From NCBI RefSeq assembly GCF_001517545.1, contig NZ_FBYA01000001.1, positions 764,976 through 796,975 of the forward strand: 32,000 nucleotides of DNA. The letters run 5' to 3'. The stretch is from Limnohabitans sp. Rim47 (GTDB taxonomy: Bacteria; Pseudomonadota; Gammaproteobacteria; Burkholderiales; Burkholderiaceae_C). Below the pieces are notes generated by a model, which saw nothing but the letters and a program-made list of their open reading frames with translations, made no database searches and was not told the DNA's origin. Positions 27,542 to 32,000 of the stretch are shown piece by piece. Made by a program: the position numbers and the translations under genes. Each line of letters opens with the position of its first letter. Positions within the stretch are counted from its first letter, which is position 1.

Positions 27542-29743
27542 ATGAATCCAGCGCTGCGTTTGCAGCGCGCTTTGCAAGGCTGGGTGCTTTTGGGCCTGCT
27601 GTGCTTTGCGCTGCTGCCTTGGTATTTTCTGCAACAAATGTCCCTGATGGACGCTTTGCCTGGCATCTGGGCAGGCGCCGAAACGGCCAGCGGCTGGGTG
27701 CAGGCGAGCGGGCATGGACGGCCTTGGCTGTGGTCGGGATTGGCGGGCTTGCTGGTTTGCGGGCTGGCTGTGCTGGTGCCTTGGACTGCCCGCACGCAAG
27801 GCTGGCTGTTGTTGCTGGGCAGCCTGATCGGTTTGCTGGGCTTGCTGGGCAGCGGGTTTGCCATTGGGGCCACAGGCTGGACCTTTGAATCACTCACCAC
27901 GCTGTGGGGCGACTTGCCCATAGGCCAATACGGCATGGGCTGGGGCGCTGCCCTGGTGTTGTTCAGCCTGGTGGTGTTGCTGGGCGCCGCGCTGGCCCGA
28001 CTGGGTGCATTTCGGGGTGATGTGTTTGTGGCCTCAGCCGTGGTGTTGTGCAGCGCCTTGCTCGCGCTGTTTGTGGTGTACCCGGTGCTGCGCTCGCTGG
28101 TGGCCGCCTGGGTGGACGACACTGGCGCTTATGCTTGGACGCATTTGCTCGAACGGGTGGCCACTGAACGGGTTTGGGGCCTTGGCTGTGTGCAAGGGGC
28201 AGGGCGCTGCGGTGTGGCCTGGAACACCTTGTGGCTGGCGCTCATCACCGCCACTGGCACCACGGTCATGGGCACCTTGTTGGCGTTGTGGGCCGAACGT
28301 GGCAGCACGCGTCTGGCCAAGCCACTCAACATTTTGGCAATGCTGCCCATCATCACACCGCCGTTTGTGGTGGGTCTGGGCTTGATTTTGTTGTTTGGCC
28401 GTGCGGGCCTTTTCAATCAGGCGCTTGAATGGGCTTTTGGCGTTGAGCCGGGCCGCTGGTTTTACGGCGTGTTCGGTATCTGGCTGGCGCAGATGTTCGC
28501 CTTCACGCCGATTGCTTTCATGATCATGCGCGGCGTGGTGCAGGGCGTGAGCCCCAGCATGGAAGAGGCCGCGCAAACCCTGCGTGCCAGTCGCATGCAA
28601 ACCTTCTGGACGGTGACTTTGCCCTTGCTCAAGCCCGGCCTGGCTAACGCATTTTTGGTGGGCTTCATCGAGAGCATGGCCGACTTTGGCAACCCCATCA
28701 TCGTGGGCGGGCAGTATGCGGTGCTGTCCACCGAAATCTTTTTTGCCATCGTGGGCGCGGCCCTTGACCCCGGCATGGCAGCGGCGTTGGCGTTGGTGTT
28801 GACTGGTTTTGCGTTAGCGGTGTTTTTTGTTCAGCGCCATGTACTGGCTGGCAGCAGCTTCACCACGGTCTCGGGCAAGGGCGACGCAGGCGTTTCCATG
28901 GCTTTGCCGCCCGCCGTGTTGCGGGTGTGCCGCAGCATCGCAGGGCCATGGTTGTTGTTCACTGTGGTGGTGTACCTGTTTGCCTTTGCGGGTGGTTTTG
29001 TGCAGACCTGGGGGCGCGACTTCACGTTCACCTTGGTGCACTTCAAAACTGCTTTTGATGTTCAGTTGGGCGAGTTTGGTTGGGTGTTTGCAGGCACCGC
29101 CTGGAAGTCGCTGTTCACCACGCTCAGCCTTTCTGCCATGGCCGCGCCGATTTGTGCGGGCTTGGGCTTGCTGATGGCTTGGTTGCTGGCACGCACCGAG
29201 TTTCGGGGCAAGGCGGCGTTCGAGTTCTCTGCGTTGCTGACCTTTGCCATTCCGGGCACGGTGCTGGGCGTGAGCTACATCCTGGCCTTTAATGTGCCGC
29301 CGGTGGAGCTGACGGGCACCGGCTTGGTCATCGTGCTGTGCTTTGTGTTTCGCAATTTGCCGGTGGGCGTGCGGGCGGGTACGGCGGCCTTCAAGCAGCT
29401 GGACCGCTCGCTCGACGAAGCCTCGCAAATGCTGCGGGCCAGCACACTCACCACGCTGCGCCGAGTGGTGCTGCCGCTGATCAAGCCTGCGCTGGTGGCC
29501 GCATTGGTCTACAGCTTTGTGCGCTCCATGACCACGGTATCGGCGGTGATCTTTTTGGTCACGGCGCAGTACGAGCTGGCCACCACTTACATCATTGGTC
29601 GCGTGGGCAATGGCGACTACGGCGTGGCGCTGGCCTATTGCACCGTGCTGATGCTGCTCATGTCTGCCATCACCTGGGGCATTCAAAAGTTGGTGGGCCA
29701 GCGGCAATTGGGCCGCCGAAGCGCTGCATCCACCCCGGCTTGA
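27542..29743 (+). CDS. ABC transporter permease with two fused transmembrane domains (FbpB-like)
   Basis: The 733-aa protein is very hydrophobic. It has two EAA-loop-like segments (EEAAQTLRASRMQTFWTVTLPLLKP and DEASQMLRASTLTTLRRVVLPLIKP). Confidence 0.85.
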   Translation: MNPALRLQRALQGWVLLGLLCFALLPWYFLQQMSLMDALPGIWAGAETASGWVQASGHGRPWLWSGLAGLLVCGLAVLVPWTARTQGWLLLLGSLIGLLGLLGSGFAIGATGWTFESLTTLWGDLPIGQYGMGWGAALVLFSLVVLLGAALARLGAFRGDVFVASAVVLCSALLALFVVYPVLRSLVAAWVDDTGAYAWTHLLERVATERVWGLGCVQGAGRCGVAWNTLWLALITATGTTVMGTLLALWAERGSTRLAKPLNILAMLPIITPPFVVGLGLILLFGRAGLFNQALEWAFGVEPGRWFYGVFGIWLAQMFAFTPIAFMIMRGVVQGVSPSMEEAAQTLRASRMQTFWTVTLPLLKPGLANAFLVGFIESMADFGNPIIVGGQYAVLSTEIFFAIVGAALDPGMAAALALVLTGFALAVFFVQRHVLAGSSFTTVSGKGDAGVSMALPPAVLRVCRSIAGPWLLFTVVVYLFAFAGGFVQTWGRDFTFTLVHFKTAFDVQLGEFGWVFAGTAWKSLFTTLSLSAMAAPICAGLGLLMAWLLARTEFRGKAAFEFSALLTFAIPGTVLGVSYILAFNVPPVELTGTGLVIVLCFVFRNLPVGVRAGTAAFKQLDRSLDEASQMLRASTLTTLRRVVLPLIKPALVAALVYSFVRSMTTVSAVIFLVTAQYELATTYIIGRVGNGDYGVALAYCTVLMLLMSAITWGIQKLVGQRQLGRRSAASTPA

Positions 29744-29760
29744 AACAAGGACTTAAAGCG

Positions 29761-30816
29761 ATGGGCATTCAATTCAAACAAGTCACCAAGCGCTATGGCG
29801 GTGCAGATTCGCCGCTGGTGGTGCAGGGCATCGACTTTGTCGTACCCAAGGGCAGCCTGACGACCATTCTTGGCCCCTCGGGTTGCGGCAAAACCACTAC
29901 CTTGCGCATGATCGCCGGGCTGGAAGCGCCCACGGGCGGTCAGATTTTGATTGACGGTGTGGATGTCACGCACTTGGGCCCATCTGAGCGCAATGTGAGC
30001 ATGGTGTTTCAGAGCTATGCGCTGTTCCCGCACATGAACGTGATCGGCAATGTTCGATACGGGCTGGACGTGAGCGGTGTGCACAAAACAGAGGCCTTGG
30101 AGCGCGCCCACAAAAGCTTGGCGTTGGTCGGCCTGGCGGGCTACAAAGAGCGCCTGCCCAGCGAGTTGTCGGGCGGGCAGCAGCAGCGCGTGGCCTTGGC
30201 TCGCGCCCTGGTTTTGGAGCCATCCGTCTTGTTGTTTGATGAGCCTTTGTCCAATCTCGATGCTCGGCTGCGCCGGTCTATGCGCGACGAGATTCGCCAC
30301 CTGCAGCAGCGCCTAGGCCTGACGGTGGCTTATGTCACGCACGACCAAAGCGAAGCCTTGGCGGTGAGTGACCAGATCATCGTGATGGAGGCCGGGCGCA
30401 TCGCGCAGGCGGGTACGCCGCAAGACTTGTACGAACGGCCTGCATCCGCTTTTGTGGCGGGATTCATGGGCGAGGCGGTGCTGTTTGATGGTCAGTCGCT
30501 GGCCGATGGCTCGGTGCAGCTAGGGCCACTGCGTTTGTTGACTCGCCATCCGGTGGCGCCAGGTCCAGTGCGGGCAGCGGTGCGCCCTGAAGCCTGGCTG
30601 GTGGGGCGCGAACTGGCCGGTGGCGAACAGCCCGCACAAATGTTGCCCGCGCAGCTCAAGCAATGTGCCTATCTGGGCAGTTTTTTTGAGCTGACATTCG
30701 AGACCGAGTTGGGTCCGGTTTTTGTGGTCTCGCCCGAGGTCGAGCGCGACTGGCGCATCGGCCAGGTTTTGGCCCTGAGTTTGCCGGGTCAAGGCGTCTC
30801 GGTGGTGGCGATTTAA
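29761..30816 (+). CDS. ABC transporter ATP-binding protein (FbpC/PotA-like)
   Basis: The true start is taken as the ATG at 29761 (MGIQFKQVTKRYGG). GPSGCGKTT, LSGGQQQRVALARAL and LLFDEPLSNLD are present, plus a C-terminal TOBE-like extension. Confidence 0.9.
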   Translation: MGIQFKQVTKRYGGADSPLVVQGIDFVVPKGSLTTILGPSGCGKTTTLRMIAGLEAPTGGQILIDGVDVTHLGPSERNVSMVFQSYALFPHMNVIGNVRYGLDVSGVHKTEALERAHKSLALVGLAGYKERLPSELSGGQQQRVALARALVLEPSVLLFDEPLSNLDARLRRSMRDEIRHLQQRLGLTVAYVTHDQSEALAVSDQIIVMEAGRIAQAGTPQDLYERPASAFVAGFMGEAVLFDGQSLADGSVQLGPLRLLTRHPVAPGPVRAAVRPEAWLVGRELAGGEQPAQMLPAQLKQCAYLGSFFELTFETELGPVFVVSPEVERDWRIGQVLALSLPGQGVSVVAI

Positions 30817-30830
30817 AAGAAAGTGCAGTC

Positions 30831-31460
30831 ATGAGCCAAGACGTGGTGTTTGATCTGGGCGGTGTGGTCTTCCGCTGGGAGCCGTTGGTGGTGTTGCAAA
30901 CACTGTTTCCACAGCGCGTGACCGACGAGGCGGTGGCACGGCAGTGGGCGGGGGAGATTTTTCAGACTTTTCATCCCGATGCTGACTGGGCCTTGTTTGA
31001 CCTCGGGCGCATCGATCCCGAGCCGTTGGCCCAGCGCATCGCCGCCCGCACCGGGCTGGCCGAGGCCGATTTGCGGCATTTGATTGCCAATATCCCCGCA
31101 CACCTGTTGCCCATGCAAGGCACGGTGGATCTGATTCACGACCTTAAAGCGCAAGGCCATCGGCTGTATTTTTTGTCCAACATGCCCGCAGGCTACGCCG
31201 ATCATCTGGTGCGTGAAAACAGCTTTTTCAGCCAGTTTGAAGAAGGTATTTTTTCAGCGCATGTGCAGCAGATCAAACCGCTGCCCGGCATCTTTGCCAC
31301 CGCACAAGAGCGCTGGCCCTTGCGCGGGCAGCCGGTGTTCATCGATGACGTGCAACACAACATCGACGCCGCTGAACAGCACGGCTGGCAAGGCATCCGT
31401 TTTGAAACGCCCGCGCAGGTGCGGGCGGCGTTGGTGGGTCAGGGGTATTTAGCGGGTTGA
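30831..31460 (+). CDS. HAD-superfamily hydrolase (subfamily IA-like)
   Basis: The ORF is 209 aa. It has VVFDLGGVV (motif I), LSNM (motif II region) and FIDDVQHNIDAA (motif IV). Confidence 0.75.
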   Translation: MSQDVVFDLGGVVFRWEPLVVLQTLFPQRVTDEAVARQWAGEIFQTFHPDADWALFDLGRIDPEPLAQRIAARTGLAEADLRHLIANIPAHLLPMQGTVDLIHDLKAQGHRLYFLSNMPAGYADHLVRENSFFSQFEEGIFSAHVQQIKPLPGIFATAQERWPLRGQPVFIDDVQHNIDAAEQHGWQGIRFETPAQVRAALVGQGYLAG

Positions 31461-31467
31461 CTTACTC

Positions 31468-31502
31468 CGCAGGAGCGATCTCTTGCAGAGATCGCTCCTG
31501 CG
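31468..31502. repeat. Perfect 16-bp palindromic hairpin between convergent genes
   Basis: CGCAGGAGCGATCTCT (31468-31483) pairs with AGAGATCGCTCCTGCG (31487-31502) around a 3-nt loop. No U-tract follows on either strand, so terminator function is uncertain. Confidence 0.5.
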
Positions 31503-31514
31503 AAAAAGTTAAGC

Positions 31515-32000
31515 TCAAGCTTTGGCGCCGTGGGCCAACGCCCGCGCATGGCTAGCAGCCAGTGCCGCTTCGTCAGGCGCTGACAAATCCCAGCCCTTCA
31601 TGTGGTCCAAGCTGATGTCGGCAAGTGCCTCGATCCATTGCGCGTTGTTGTTCAGGCAGGGGATGTAGCTGAAGCTTTCGCCGCCCGCGTGCAAAAACGC
31701 TTCTTGCGCTTCTTGCTGAATTTCTTCCAGCGTTTCTAGGCAGTCTCCCGTAAACCCCGGGCAGATCACATCCACCTTTTTGACACCTTGCTCGGCCATG
31801 GCGATCAGTGAGGGCTCGGTGTAAGGCTCCAGCCATTTGGCCTTGCCAAAGCGGGATTGGAAGGTCAGTTTGTATTGGTCTTTGCGCAGGCCCAGTGCTT
31901 CGGCCAGCAGGCGGCCGGTCTTCATGCATTCGCAGTGGTAAGGGTCGCCCAGGTGCAGCGTCCGCTCGGGCACGCCATGAAAGCTCATGACCAATTTTTC
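31515..32000 (-). CDS. hemH: Ferrochelatase, C-terminal part (gene continues beyond the window end)
   Basis: SFHGVPERTLHLGDPYHCEC...ICPGFTGDCLETLEEI...IPCLN matches the conserved ferrochelatase C-terminal half. The ORF is open at the window edge. Confidence 0.85.
   Translation of the reverse strand, partial: EKLVMSFHGVPERTLHLGDPYHCECMKTGRLLAEALGLRKDQYKLTFQSRFGKAKWLEPYTEPSLIAMAEQGVKKVDVICPGFTGDCLETLEEIQQEAQEAFLHAGGESFSYIPCLNNNAQWIEALADISLDHMKGWDLSAPDEAALAASHARALAHGAKA

Noticed and set aside
29338-29760. A 141-codon N-terminal extension of the ABC ATPase ORF that overlaps the end of the permease gene.
   Set aside because: The extension is Ala/Gly/Arg-rich out-of-frame read-through of the permease gene. 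The conserved ATPase N-terminus (MGIQFKQVTKRYGG) begins at the ATG at 29761, just after the permease stop.

Overview
This window is a high-GC chromosomal segment, roughly 58-62% G+C in the 60-nt lines I counted by eye. Protein sequences and gene order suggest a betaproteobacterium of the Comamonadaceae type; that assignment is inference. Most of the window is housekeeping. It holds the tail of a peptide-type ABC permease and a two-domain ABC ATPase, then rimP-nusA-infB-rbfA-truB, typA, a DMT transporter and an ECH-family hydrolase. These are followed by smpB divergent from ratA-rnfH, an RlmI-like methyltransferase, and guaB-guaA. Further right are two small paralogous secreted proteins with an orphan family-3 binding protein, an Fe(3+)-type ABC importer, a HAD hydrolase and the 3' part of hemH. 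The accessory part is a ~6.95-kb low-GC island (about 35-40% G+C by eye) inserted at the last codons of guaA (17736-24688). It is bounded by a 17/20 direct repeat, and the distal copy re-encodes the guaA C-terminus with AT-rich synonymous codons. The island carries a 428-aa tyrosine integrase and a second, FimB/FimE-sized tyrosine recombinase with only the catalytic domain. It also has a divergently transcribed small-gene module, a 194-aa protein with weak HUH/Rep-like motifs, a possible truncated H-NS-like protein, two secreted proteins and several ORFans. A 435-nt ORF-free region in the island is A/C-rich on the + strand, contains iteron-like repeats, and ends in a strong intrinsic terminator. 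The most interesting signals are this ORF-free region (candidate ori, ncRNA or invertible switch) and a 16-nt exact repeat upstream of both recombinase genes. The permuted arm-type repeats around the att core are also notable. All functional readings of island genes come from motifs read by eye, with no database search.
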